Source of the DNA: Bdellovibrionales bacterium
GTDB taxonomy: Bacteria; Bdellovibrionota; Bdellovibrionia; Bdellovibrionales; CAYMLA01
Length of the DNA: 64,000 nucleotides
Reading direction: 5' to 3'
NCBI GenBank assembly: GCA_965217115.1
Contig: OZ244239.1
Coordinates: 1,472,001-1,536,000, forward strand
Under the pieces are notes generated by a model. It was given only the letters and a program-made list of their open reading frames with translations. It was not told the DNA's origin and did not search any database. Position numbers and translations under genes: made by a program. Position 1 is the first letter of the stretch; every line of letters starts with the position of its first letter. Shown here one piece after another: positions 11,477 through 20,765 of the stretch.

Positions 11477-13411
11477 ATGGGAAAGATGAGTTTTTTACAA
11501 AAGCCAAGAAAATCTTTAGGATCAATTTTAGTAGGATTGTTTTTATTGTTTTCTATTGCACCGTTGGTTTTTGTAACATTTATTTATTATATTAATTCAG
11601 AAAAAGCTCTCAACTCAGAGATGTTGCGTCGTCTAGATGGAAACGTACGAGAGGTTAATCTAGTTTTAGAGGACTATAAGTCTGTCTTAGTTCGGCGAAG
11701 TCAAAAAATAAAAGATAATAAGATGCTATTATTTTACCTATCATCTAGTTCTTTTTTAGGCTTAAATCAATTTTCTAAAAAATGGCTTGAGGGAGGAGTT
11801 GAATCCAGTGTTTCTTTTTTCAGTCGTCAAGGTCAGATGTCGTCAACTGCTTTTAGGAATTCTGAAGGGGAAATAGAGCGTAATTTTGGAAAGAAAGTGG
11901 CAGAATTTTTCCTACCTGAAGACACATTAGCTCTTTTAAATAAAAAAAATGAGGTTTCATTTCTTGAGATATCAAAAAACGGAGAAGATGTTGAAAAGCA
12001 TTTGACGCTTCTGCATTATAAAAAGTTTTTTAATAGTTATAATAAACCTATTGGATATGTTGAATTATCAATTAATTTAAGTCATCAATTTTTGGAAAAA
12101 TTAAAAGAAAGATTGGGCATCGAATTAAGTATTTTAGATAAGAGTGGCGGAGTTATTATCTCTACCAAACAAAACCTTGGATCGAATTATTTTTCTCAAG
12201 AAGCTATTAAAGAAGTTGGGAAATTGTTAGATGCAAATATTCATGGCGAAAATTTTGGATTTACGATTAATCACGTGGATTGGGGAGGGAAGGGGCTTTA
12301 TCTTCTTGTCGGAGCATCAAAAAAATCTGCAGAGAAATTAAGAGAAGAAACCTTGCTCTCGTTTTCATTAGTTGTTCTTGTCATAGCTTTTTTTCTGATT
12401 ATTGCAACAATGATGACTTCAAGAAAAATTGTAAGACCGATCAATCATCTCGTAATTGCTTTGCAAGAGTTTAGAAAAGAGGAGAAAGCTTTTTCTTTGA
12501 ATGTTAAGGATGCTACTGAATTGGGAATTTTAACGTCGTCATTCAATAAAATGTCACAGCGGGTAGCTTCTTCTCGTATAGAGTTAAGAGATAAAATTGA
12601 TGAATTAGAAAAAACGAATAGAAGTTTACATGAGACGCGAGCAAAGTTGGTCCATTCGGCAAAAATGGCAAGTTTAGGTCAGTTGGTCGCAGGCGTAGCA
12701 CATGAACTAAACAATCCTATCGGATTTATTCACAGTAATATGGTTTACCTAAAAGAGTACTCCCAAGCATTATTGAAATTAGCACAATTAAAATTCTCTG
12801 GAGAGGAAGAAGAAGTAGAAAAATTTAAAGAAACGATAGAATTTGACTATATGTCTGAGGATTTACCCCGTTTAATTAAATCCTGTGAAGATGGTGCTAG
12901 AAGAATTAAAGATATTGTTTTAGGCTTACGAAATTTTTCTCGTTTAGATGAGGCTATAGAGAAAAAAATAGATATCCATGAATGTCTTGAGGATACGCTG
13001 CAGCTTCTTCATGGAGAGATAAAAACACGAGTGAAAGTGCATAGAGAGTTCAGTGATATTCCCGAAATCTCCTGTTGTCCCAGCGAATTGAATCAAGTAT
13101 TTATGAATATCTTATCTAATGCTGTTCAGGCGATTGAAAAAGAGGGTGATATCTGGATTGTGACTCAAATCATAGAAGAAAACTCTGTGAGCCGTCTTAA
13201 GATTTCTATACGGGATAATGGAAAAGGAATGGCTGAAGCCACAGTTGAGAGGATATTTGATCCCTTTTTTACAACGAAAATGGTGGGAGAGGGTACGGGG
13301 CTTGGCTTGAGTATTAGTCACGGAATTATAGAGAGACATGGTGGCAGTATATTTGTCTACTCGGACCTAGACAAAGGAACTGAGTTTATTATTCATCTTC
13401 CTATTTGCTAG
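11477..13411 (+). CDS. Membrane sensor histidine kinase (periplasmic sensor, HAMP, HisKA, HATPase)
   Basis: Two TMs, HELNNP H-box, NAVQA N-box, DNGKGM, FDPFFTTK and GTGLGL; no response regulator nearby. Confidence 0.93.
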   Translation: MGKMSFLQKPRKSLGSILVGLFLLFSIAPLVFVTFIYYINSEKALNSEMLRRLDGNVREVNLVLEDYKSVLVRRSQKIKDNKMLLFYLSSSSFLGLNQFSKKWLEGGVESSVSFFSRQGQMSSTAFRNSEGEIERNFGKKVAEFFLPEDTLALLNKKNEVSFLEISKNGEDVEKHLTLLHYKKFFNSYNKPIGYVELSINLSHQFLEKLKERLGIELSILDKSGGVIISTKQNLGSNYFSQEAIKEVGKLLDANIHGENFGFTINHVDWGGKGLYLLVGASKKSAEKLREETLLSFSLVVLVIAFFLIIATMMTSRKIVRPINHLVIALQEFRKEEKAFSLNVKDATELGILTSSFNKMSQRVASSRIELRDKIDELEKTNRSLHETRAKLVHSAKMASLGQLVAGVAHELNNPIGFIHSNMVYLKEYSQALLKLAQLKFSGEEEEVEKFKETIEFDYMSEDLPRLIKSCEDGARRIKDIVLGLRNFSRLDEAIEKKIDIHECLEDTLQLLHGEIKTRVKVHREFSDIPEISCCPSELNQVFMNILSNAVQAIEKEGDIWIVTQIIEENSVSRLKISIRDNGKGMAEATVERIFDPFFTTKMVGEGTGLGLSISHGIIERHGGSIFVYSDLDKGTEFIIHLPIC

Positions 13412-13491
13412 GACGTGCTGTCATTTGATCTGGGATATAACAATGACTCCTTCAGTCTTTATGATTTTAGTGATTTAAACCGATAAGACAT

Positions 13492-14109
13492 GTGATGAAT
13501 CATGGAAAGAGAGAAAATAAGAAATCTCTATGGGGCTTTTGTTTTTTAGCCTGTGGCTTAGTATTGCTAGCATTTCTCTTGCATTCAAATAAGAGGGATA
13601 TTCCAAATAAGAGAGATACTCCAAATAAGACATTAAATCGATCAGAGAAAAGAGAGCCCCTCGATGCGCGTGTGAATTATCATCTTCGTGAATTAGAGCG
13701 TCGTCAAAATAAAGAGAAGCTAGATGTTCAGTTTGAGAATTCTAAATCAAAGACACTTTCAATTAAAGAGCATGGGTATTTAAAGAAAAAATTCTCTACT
13801 GAAGAAAACGGTGTTCGTTTTGATGAAGAAGTGAATTATGCTGATATTAATGATAATCTTGATGAAGAAGAGGAAGGGGTTGTTGATGGAATTCGCCAAC
13901 AATTGCAGAGAGCCTATGAAGATCAAGAATATAATGAGGCTTATAAAAAAGCTTATATTCATGAATTTGTTGAAAATGCCAGACGTGAGGGTTTTGAAGT
14001 TTCTATTAACGATGATTTAGAAGTTGTACGGGTTAGAAGAATTCGTGAGCCATCGGGTTATCGATCTCCAGACTCTGTTAAAGAAGGGCAAACTTCAGGC
14101 GTTCCTTAG
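13492..14109 (+). CDS. Hypothetical membrane-anchored protein
   Basis: N-terminal TM followed by a charged, coiled region; contains a small 18-bp tandem repeat. Confidence 0.6.
   Translation: MMNHGKRENKKSLWGFCFLACGLVLLAFLLHSNKRDIPNKRDTPNKTLNRSEKREPLDARVNYHLRELERRQNKEKLDVQFENSKSKTLSIKEHGYLKKKFSTEENGVRFDEEVNYADINDNLDEEEEGVVDGIRQQLQRAYEDQEYNEAYKKAYIHEFVENARREGFEVSINDDLEVVRVRRIREPSGYRSPDSVKEGQTSGVP
13586..13630 (+). repeat. 2.5 copies of an 18-bp in-frame tandem repeat (NKRD[I/T]P)
   Basis: caaataagagggatattc / caaataagagagatactc / caaataaga. Confidence 0.75.
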
Positions 14110-14492
14110 ACAGAGATATTAAACCAATTTTGATCGGCAAAGCTTGTGTATTTATCTGGTGTCATAACTAGATGATCGATGATTGGTATTTTGAGAATCT
14201 TTGCCGCTTTAAGTAAAAGCTCAGTCACTTCAAGGTCTTCAGAAGAGGGATGTGGATCTTCATTAGTGTGATTGTGGGCAATAAGAATTTGAGTGGCATT
14301 GCACTTAATTGTGTAGAGAAAAACATCTCGAGGATGAATATGACAGTAATCTACAGTGCCCCGTGCAATGGCTTTCAATCCGAGGCATTTAAGTTGGGAG
14401 CTTAGTGCTAAGACCCAAAATTCCTCTACTTGTAAGTTTTTAATGCGCTTCTTAAAAAGTTCAAAAGCATGTAAGCTTGAGCGAATATACAT
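14106..14492 (-). CDS. radC: Stand-alone RadC-like JAB-domain protein
   Basis: EEFWVLAL, HPRDVF, AHNH...PSSED and IIDHLV motifs. No N-terminal HhH domain; ATG 14492 is preferred over 14600. Confidence 0.85.
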   Translation of the reverse strand: MYIRSSLHAFELFKKRIKNLQVEEFWVLALSSQLKCLGLKAIARGTVDYCHIHPRDVFLYTIKCNATQILIAHNHTNEDPHPSSEDLEVTELLLKAAKILKIPIIDHLVMTPDKYTSFADQNWFNISV

Positions 14493-14666
14493 ATTAAATA
14501 AACAAGAGAGCAAAGAGAAGACCACATAGAAGGTGGTCTTCCTAGGGATAGGATATGAGTGATTCGGATACTTGTCCCAGTGCATTGAGACTTGTACCAT
14601 GGGACATTTTCCTCTTTAATTTTGGTTATTCTGTGAAACTCAAGAAAATGAAAGGATGGAGATGTA

Positions 14667-15266
14667 ATGAAATTTATTTTATGGATATCATTAACGATTG
14701 TTCAGTTAGTTTTATTAAACTCATGTAGCCCTAAGGGTTTTATTCGTGGTGCTTATGATAAAGATGTAAACAAAGAGAACTTATTAAATGATAAGTGGTC
14801 AGAGTCTGATATGCAGAGTGCAGTGACAAATTTGGTTGTCAGTATGTCAAAACATCGAATTATTCGTCGAGCAAGAAAACCACCTATTGTTTTGATCACT
14901 CGGTTACATAATAAAACGAGTGAGCATATTGATACTCAAAGTATTATGGATATGGTAAGTGTTGAGCTGATGAAAACAGGAGATGTTGTCTTTGTAGATA
15001 AAGCGGCAAGAGAAGATTTAGCTAATGAGTACAAATATCAAACAGAGAACACATCAGAGTCTTCACGTAAGTATAAAGGTGGGCAAACGGGGGCTGATCT
15101 GGTTCTTAATGGTCGTATTGACTCCATTGTACAAGAAGTAGGGAAAGACAAAACGGTGTATTATAAAATCACATTAAATTTAACTAATTTGAAAACAGGT
15201 CTGAAGGTTTGGGCTGATCAGAAGCAAATCCGTAAAAAGTTTAAGAAAAAATCTTTAGGCTGGTAG
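14667..15266 (+). CDS. lpoB: Penicillin-binding protein activator LpoB-like lipoprotein
   Basis: Lipobox LNSC, NKTSEHIDT, GADLVLNG and TGLKVW motifs. Confidence 0.85.
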   Translation: MKFILWISLTIVQLVLLNSCSPKGFIRGAYDKDVNKENLLNDKWSESDMQSAVTNLVVSMSKHRIIRRARKPPIVLITRLHNKTSEHIDTQSIMDMVSVELMKTGDVVFVDKAAREDLANEYKYQTENTSESSRKYKGGQTGADLVLNGRIDSIVQEVGKDKTVYYKITLNLTNLKTGLKVWADQKQIRKKFKKKSLGW

Positions 15267-16502
15267 ATGAAACGATGGGGGTATTGTTGCTGGGGAGTCA
15301 TATTTTTACTGACATCTGGTTGTGCATCTTATCAATCGCAGGTAAAGGAAGCTCGAAACAGTATCAAGAGCCGTCAATTTAGTTTAGCAGCAAATCAGTT
15401 AAAACCATTGGCTGAAGCACAAACCGATGATCAGCTTGTCTATCTTCTTGATTACGGTATGGCCTTGCATTTAGCAGAGGATTTTGCGCAGAGTAATCAG
15501 ATCTTTTTAAGGGCTGTGCAGTTAGCTGAAGCAAAGGATTATCACAGCGTTTCTCGCATTACTGGCTCATTGGTTTTTAATGAGGGATTTGTTCAGTACA
15601 AAGGTGACACCTATGAAAAATTATTAATACATGTTTATCTAGCTCTTAATTATTTATTTTTAAATGACTTGGAAAACTCTTTGGTTGAGATACGACGATT
15701 AGATGAATTATTGTCTAAATTTCAAGTTGAGATGAAAAAAAAATATCAACAAAATTCCTTTGCTCGTTATCTCTCGGCCATTATTTGGGAGGGAAGTAGA
15801 AAGTGGGATGACTCCTACATAGACTTTAAAAAAACATGGAATATTGACCCATCCATTGGGTTATTACAAAAGGACTTGCTACGCTCCTCCTATAAGGCAC
15901 AAAGATTTTCTGAATATAGAAAGTGGAAAAAAAAATTTGTTGGAGTTCGCGAAGAGCGTAAAACTTGGAATGATCGTCGTTATGGAGAGGTCGTACTTAT
16001 TTATCAACAGGGTTGGGGACCACGAAAAGCCCCCCGTAGGAGGGCTTTTCAATTTCCTCAGCTAATACCTCGTCGAGGTATTACTCAAAGCGCACGATTA
16101 ACGGTTGAGGGGGTGGGGTCTTTTGATTCAGAAGTGGTTTATAATTTAGAGAAAATAGCTATTAAGACATTGAATGATGACTATGGAGCTTTGATTGCAA
16201 AAAGAGCTGCGGGTATTGTGGCTAAAAAGATTTTGTCAGATAAAATTAAGAAAGAAAATAAAAATCTGGGTCATTTAGCTTTGGCAGTAATGAGAGCGAC
16301 AGACCAGGCAGATTTACGTCAGTGGTCCACCTTGCCGAGAACTCTTCAGATTGTAAAACTTAGGCTCCCTAAGGGCAGATACACTTTAAACATCGATGGC
16401 TTAGGAGAGGATGATGTCATTACAGAGAGGGGGGTTCAGGGAGAGGAGATTCAAATTCGACCTGGGCAAAAGGTTTTTCTTAACTGGCGTTCTGTCTTGT
16501 AG
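15267..16502 (+). CDS. COG3014-type helical-repeat lipoprotein (often adjacent to lpoB)
   Basis: Lipobox TSGC, YKGDTYEK...YLALNY and ADLRQWSTLP motifs. Confidence 0.8.
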   Translation: MKRWGYCCWGVIFLLTSGCASYQSQVKEARNSIKSRQFSLAANQLKPLAEAQTDDQLVYLLDYGMALHLAEDFAQSNQIFLRAVQLAEAKDYHSVSRITGSLVFNEGFVQYKGDTYEKLLIHVYLALNYLFLNDLENSLVEIRRLDELLSKFQVEMKKKYQQNSFARYLSAIIWEGSRKWDDSYIDFKKTWNIDPSIGLLQKDLLRSSYKAQRFSEYRKWKKKFVGVREERKTWNDRRYGEVVLIYQQGWGPRKAPRRRAFQFPQLIPRRGITQSARLTVEGVGSFDSEVVYNLEKIAIKTLNDDYGALIAKRAAGIVAKKILSDKIKKENKNLGHLALAVMRATDQADLRQWSTLPRTLQIVKLRLPKGRYTLNIDGLGEDDVITERGVQGEEIQIRPGQKVFLNWRSVL

Positions 16503-16560
16503 AATTTTTTTTCTACAAGGAGATTTAGAGCCTCTTTGCTTGAAGTGGATTAAGGATGCT

Positions 16561-16597
16561 ATAAAAAAAAGCCGAAATATTTTCGGCTTTTTTTTAT
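16561..16597. terminator. Bidirectional rho-independent terminator
   Basis: Perfect palindrome ataaaaaaaagccgaaa-tat-tttcggcttttttttat between convergent genes. Confidence 0.85.
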
Positions 16598-16651
16598 TAT
16601 ATTTTAGGTAGGGAAAAGAAAAGATTCCCTATCACACGGAAAACATTCCTA

Positions 16652-17203
16652 TTAAGGATTAAAACTTAAGTTTGATCCAGGTAGGCTAGGTGTTTCTTCA
16701 TCGAAACCGCCAACATTATTTGTCGCTTTCTCTGCAGCGACCTTTACGGTGGAGTCCCTATTAGTGTCTGTGTTTGTAACCCTTGTCTCGAGGTTTTGTC
16801 TGAGGCTATCGGTTGACGACTTATTAGCAAATATAGCAGCAGGGGCTGGCTGAGGTTGTTTTGTCATATAGTCTCTAGGGAAGGCTCCTAATTTTGCTAA
16901 GTAGGATGAAATACTTCCGTTTTCGTTTTGTATAATTTCACGCAAAGTAAAAAGAGGGGCATATTGAGAAGCTCTCTTTTCTGCTTCAAAAATAATCTGA
17001 GTGAGCGTTGCCAAGGTGATGTCATTTTTGCTCTTATTGTCGATAACCATAACCTCTTCGTTAGCGCGAATCATTTTAGCGATATCGTCTAAAGTGACAT
17101 AACAGCTCTGTTGAGTGTCATAGAGCTTGCGATTTTGGTAACGCTTGATAATCTTAGTTTTTGTAGCCGTCTTTGTTGAAGACAGTATTTCGTTATTGGT
17201 CAA
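16652..17203 (-). CDS. PhaR-like regulator (PHA-synthesis regulator DNA-binding domain)
   Basis: IIKRYQNRKLYDTQQSCYVTLDDIAKMIR...DIT...LTQIIFE; TTG start with GGAGG SD. Confidence 0.85.
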   Translation of the reverse strand: MTNNEILSSTKTATKTKIIKRYQNRKLYDTQQSCYVTLDDIAKMIRANEEVMVIDNKSKNDITLATLTQIIFEAEKRASQYAPLFTLREIIQNENGSISSYLAKLGAFPRDYMTKQPQPAPAAIFANKSSTDSLRQNLETRVTNTDTNRDSTVKVAAEKATNNVGGFDEETPSLPGSNLSFNP

Positions 17204-17333
17204 GGTATCCTCCCGCTTAAGTAATCTTCCTAAAAAAACATAGACAAGGAGCTATTTACAGCACCAAGTCATTAACTATAGGCCCGAACTCTTTTCAAGG
17301 CCCCATTGCCGAACGTGTCGCCAATTGAGAGGG

Positions 17334-17363
17334 ATACTAGGAAATTTCGCCACATCTTGTCAA
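17334..17363 (-). promoter_or_regulatory. sigma70-type promoter of the phaR-like gene
   Basis: TTGACA-18 bp-TAGTAT on the minus strand, implying a leader of about 125 nt. Confidence 0.55.
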
Positions 17364-17432
17364 GTAATCAGTTAGAGAAAATAAAGTAAAAATAAAATTT
17401 ATTTAGAAAAGAGTTGGTGTCTGTAGATAAAA

Positions 17433-17447
17433 TGGCATGCTATCTGC
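17433..17447 (+). promoter_or_regulatory. Putative sigma54 -24/-12 promoter
   Basis: TGGCAT-GCTAT-CTGC (GG-N10-GC). Confidence 0.4.
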
Positions 17448-17459
17448 CTCTGTTTGGAT

Positions 17460-17612
17460 TTGAAGGGAAATTAAGTTATTTAATCACAGGGCGTCGTTCT
17501 GTGAAATACAAGTAAAAACAAGTAATTACCTTGTTTATGGGGGGATTAGTTTTTTTATTCTCGAATTGTTTCAAAAAACTCAAAAAGAGGCGGGAGTTTT
17601 CCGAGTTTTTTT
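17460..17612 (+). ncRNA. Candidate structured small RNA
   Basis: Lies downstream of the sigma54-like motif. Hairpins tcacag/ctgtga and aaacaag/cttgttt, plus a terminal aaaaaactc/gagttttttt stem; no ORF in the track. Confidence 0.25.
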
Positions 17613-17784
17613 AGTTAAGTCATCATTTTTGTAAAAAAGACTCACTATAAAACCTTCTTTGATCTTGGGTTTTTAGCCCTTCTTAAGTCTAACCACTTGG
17701 TAACAGCCTTGTTTGATGTGTCGCAAGAGAGTCTGAACTTTAGAAGAGTTCTATGGGTCTTTTTGGTCGTGAAGATGTTTTGGT

Positions 17785-17812
17785 TCAAGGCTTTAGTGAA
17801 AAATGCCGAATC
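17785..17812 (+). promoter_or_regulatory. Putative sigma28 (FliA)-like promoter
   Basis: TCAA-N16-GCCGAATC about 40 bp upstream of the TPR gene start. Confidence 0.35.
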
Positions 17813-17849
17813 TTTGTATAACTCACTTCGCTTTTGTTAGGAGGGAAGA

Positions 17850-19694
17850 GTGACGAAGATTTTGTTCGTTTTTTTTCAAGTTGTTTATCTATTGGTGTTT
17901 TCTGGGTGTTCGACCAACTCAGTTCATAGTTCTGGTGCTATTTATCATGAAGCGGCCTTTAATGATCAGAACAAAGCCCCTGGATGGATGGTTCCTTCAG
18001 AGAAAATCCCGAATCAGCCACAACTAGACGTTGTTCATATTCGGAGCCAGGCTGATTATCACTTTGCTCTAGGGGAAATTTACAGCTTAGAGAGAAAGCA
18101 TATGAAAGCCATTCAGGAATTTAAGAATACGTTGATTTATGATAATGAAGCCTCTCTTTTATATATGAGATTAGCGACTGAATACATAAAGGTGAACTTA
18201 TTTACTGAAGCGCTTGAGTACGCACAGGAGAGTATTAAATTAAGTCCTAAGAATGTAGATTCTCGATTGCTTTTAGGGGGTTTATATTCTTCTTTGCGAA
18301 TGTTCAGTGAGGCATTGCATGAATATCGGAGTGTTTTAAAGTTAGATCCCAAAAATCTGGAAGCACCACTTTATATTGGTGCAGTTTATGCTGAAAAAAA
18401 ACAATTTTTTAAGGCAATTAGTTATTTTAAATCTCTTGCAGAGAACAGGGCTAATAAGTCGGCATATAAAGCTCACTACTATATGTCTCGAGTTTACGAG
18501 GAATGGAAGGGAAGTAAGTCACGAAGAATTGAAGTGAATTTAAAAAAGGCATTAAAAAGTCAACCAGGTTACGAAGAGGCCGTGTTGTCATTGGGAAAAT
18601 TTTACTTAAGAACACAAGCGAGTTCTAAGGCAAGAGTTTTATATAGCTCTTTTCAAGATAGATACGGGCCTAAGGTGTCTGTTGCGCGCCCCCTTTCTCG
18701 TTTGTATTTAGAGAGTAAAGAGTATGATTTAGCTTATGAACAATTAGACATTATTGATAAAGGTTACCAGAAGGATTTTAATATTAAATTAAAGATGGCA
18801 CTGATTCTTATGGAGAGAAAAAAATATGAGAAAGCGGCCTACAAGTTGGAGGAAATAATTTCCCAAGTTCCTGATTCGGACAAAATTTTATTCTATCTTG
18901 GATATGTCTATGAAGAAATGGGTCGCTACAAAGAATCATTGAAGTATTACTCTAAGGTTCCATCTGTGAGTCGGTTTTATGGAGATTCAGTGACGCATTC
19001 GTCCTATTTGTACAAACTTAAGGGACAGATGAATAAAGCGATAGCTATTATCGAAAAGGGACTGAGCCAGCGTCAGGATATCGTACAGTTTTACAGCCTT
19101 TATGCGTCTCTGCTTGATGACAGCAAGCAATACACAAAAGCCATTAGAATGCTCAATCAAGCCGTCAATAAATTCCCGAAGAATGCCCAATTGAGGTTTT
19201 TTCAGGGATTTATTTACGATAAGCTGGGTAATAAAAAGCTCACAATATCATCAATGAATAAAGTTTTGGAATTAGATAAAGACCATATTCAAGGCTTAAA
19301 CTACCTTGCATACACCTATGCTGAACAAGGAAAGAAGTTAATATTAGCTGAAAAATTAGTTCTTCGAGCGTTGCTTTTAAAGCCGAATGATGGCTATGTG
19401 ATGGACACCTATGGATTAATTCTTTATAAAAGGGGAAGGCTTCGCAAGGCAGCCAAAGTTTTGGAAGCAGCTCATAAGAGTGTCCCTCTTGAAGGGATTG
19501 TTGCTGAGCACTTGGCAGACACTTATTATCAACTTCAGCTGGTGTCTAGGGCTAAAGAAATGTACTTGAAGGCGATGGGGATAGAGAAAGATGAAAGTAA
19601 GATTCAGAGAATTAGAAAAAAACTTTCTACGATTGTTTTCCGCAAACAACCTGTTGATAACCGTTTTCCAGCATCATCATTACAAGCAAAATAA
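17850..19694 (+). CDS. Tetratricopeptide-repeat lipoprotein
   Basis: Lipobox FSGC, many TPRs, and C-terminal LNYLAYTYAE...DGYVMDTYG...EHLAD typical of the TPR proteins found upstream of lolB. Confidence 0.9.
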   Translation: MTKILFVFFQVVYLLVFSGCSTNSVHSSGAIYHEAAFNDQNKAPGWMVPSEKIPNQPQLDVVHIRSQADYHFALGEIYSLERKHMKAIQEFKNTLIYDNEASLLYMRLATEYIKVNLFTEALEYAQESIKLSPKNVDSRLLLGGLYSSLRMFSEALHEYRSVLKLDPKNLEAPLYIGAVYAEKKQFFKAISYFKSLAENRANKSAYKAHYYMSRVYEEWKGSKSRRIEVNLKKALKSQPGYEEAVLSLGKFYLRTQASSKARVLYSSFQDRYGPKVSVARPLSRLYLESKEYDLAYEQLDIIDKGYQKDFNIKLKMALILMERKKYEKAAYKLEEIISQVPDSDKILFYLGYVYEEMGRYKESLKYYSKVPSVSRFYGDSVTHSSYLYKLKGQMNKAIAIIEKGLSQRQDIVQFYSLYASLLDDSKQYTKAIRMLNQAVNKFPKNAQLRFFQGFIYDKLGNKKLTISSMNKVLELDKDHIQGLNYLAYTYAEQGKKLILAEKLVLRALLLKPNDGYVMDTYGLILYKRGRLRKAAKVLEAAHKSVPLEGIVAEHLADTYYQLQLVSRAKEMYLKAMGIEKDESKIQRIRKKLSTIVFRKQPVDNRFPASSLQAK

Positions 19695-20307
19695 AAAGCA
19701 CTTACTTCTTTTTGTTTTGTTGTTTTTTTTAAGCTCCTGTCAGACTCTTGAGACTGATGATTTTCGTCTCAATCAGGGCAAGTGGCTAGCTCGTGCATAT
19801 TTGAAGGTTAAGTCACCCCATAAAAAGTCAGTTTATATTGACATGGTATTTCGCGTCTTGGAGCCAAGTTATTTTTCTATTGATGTGGAGACGTCAGGTT
19901 TAGGAATTGCTTTAGCCAGAGTTGTCAAAAGCAAGAAGAAGACAATGGTTCTTTTGCCTGTGGAAAAAAAGCAGTATTTTGCAAAAAAACACAGGCTTTC
20001 TTTAAGAAAAGTATTAGGGTTTAATTTAAGCATTAACATATTCAAAAAAATTTTTCTGCAAGAGCCTTTAAACCCTAAATATTGGAATTGCTTGGATGTG
20101 AATCAGAAAGAAAGAACCTGCGCCCATAAGAAATCTTCTTTGCATGTGAAATGGCAAATTCAGAAAAATGGAAGCACAAAGACTCTTATAAAATCAAAAC
20201 AGTTTTTGCTCGATATGCACATTAAGAGAAGCCGATTGAGTAAGGCTCTGACTCCCGATGATTTTAAATCAAAACGAGTCGAAGCTTTTAGTATTCATTA
20301 TTTGTAA
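19654..20307 (+). CDS. Lipoprotein, possibly LolB/DUF4292-like
   Basis: Lipobox LSSC, beta-rich, SGLGIALARV motif, position after the TPR gene; TTG 19654 is the likely start. Confidence 0.5.
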   Translation: MITVFQHHHYKQNKKHLLLFVLLFFLSSCQTLETDDFRLNQGKWLARAYLKVKSPHKKSVYIDMVFRVLEPSYFSIDVETSGLGIALARVVKSKKKTMVLLPVEKKQYFAKKHRLSLRKVLGFNLSINIFKKIFLQEPLNPKYWNCLDVNQKERTCAHKKSSLHVKWQIQKNGSTKTLIKSKQFLLDMHIKRSRLSKALTPDDFKSKRVEAFSIHYL

Positions 20308-20391
20308 TCAAATATATTTATCTCTATCTTTGAGGTTTTCAAACGTATTTTTTGATGGCCATAGATCTAGTGATGCTTTTATCTACTTAGC

Positions 20392-20748
20392 CTAATCATC
20401 GCTCGTATTGAGGTCGACTGAATCTAGGTCATCAGCATCATCTGGTTCGACCTTGATAAGCCAGGACTCAGTAGGGTCATCAAAAATTGACTCAGGGCAT
20501 TCAAGGAGGACAGAGTTAACTTCTGCAATCACTCCGTTTACAGGACAGTATAGATCGAGAGGTCCTTCGTCGGTTTCGGCTTCTCCAAAAATCATTTCAG
20601 CTTCAATGGATTCGCCTTCCTGTGGAAGACGTAATTCAGAGACATTTGAAAATTCTTCTAGAGCATCTTCAGTGAGACCAATAGAGAGAAGCCCTTCGGA
20701 ATACTGAACCCATTGATGGGTAAGATAGGGTTGGATTTCGTCAGTCAT
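20392..20748 (-). CDS. GcvH-like protein lacking the lipoyl lysine
   Basis: HQWV, IGLTEDA, LPQEG, LYCPVNGVIAEVN, DDP...WLIKV give the GcvH fold, but ESVK is replaced by ETDE. Confidence 0.85.
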   Translation of the reverse strand: MTDEIQPYLTHQWVQYSEGLLSIGLTEDALEEFSNVSELRLPQEGESIEAEMIFGEAETDEGPLDLYCPVNGVIAEVNSVLLECPESIFDDPTESWLIKVEPDDADDLDSVDLNTSDD

Positions 20749-20765
20749 AATATTAAGCCTTTTAA

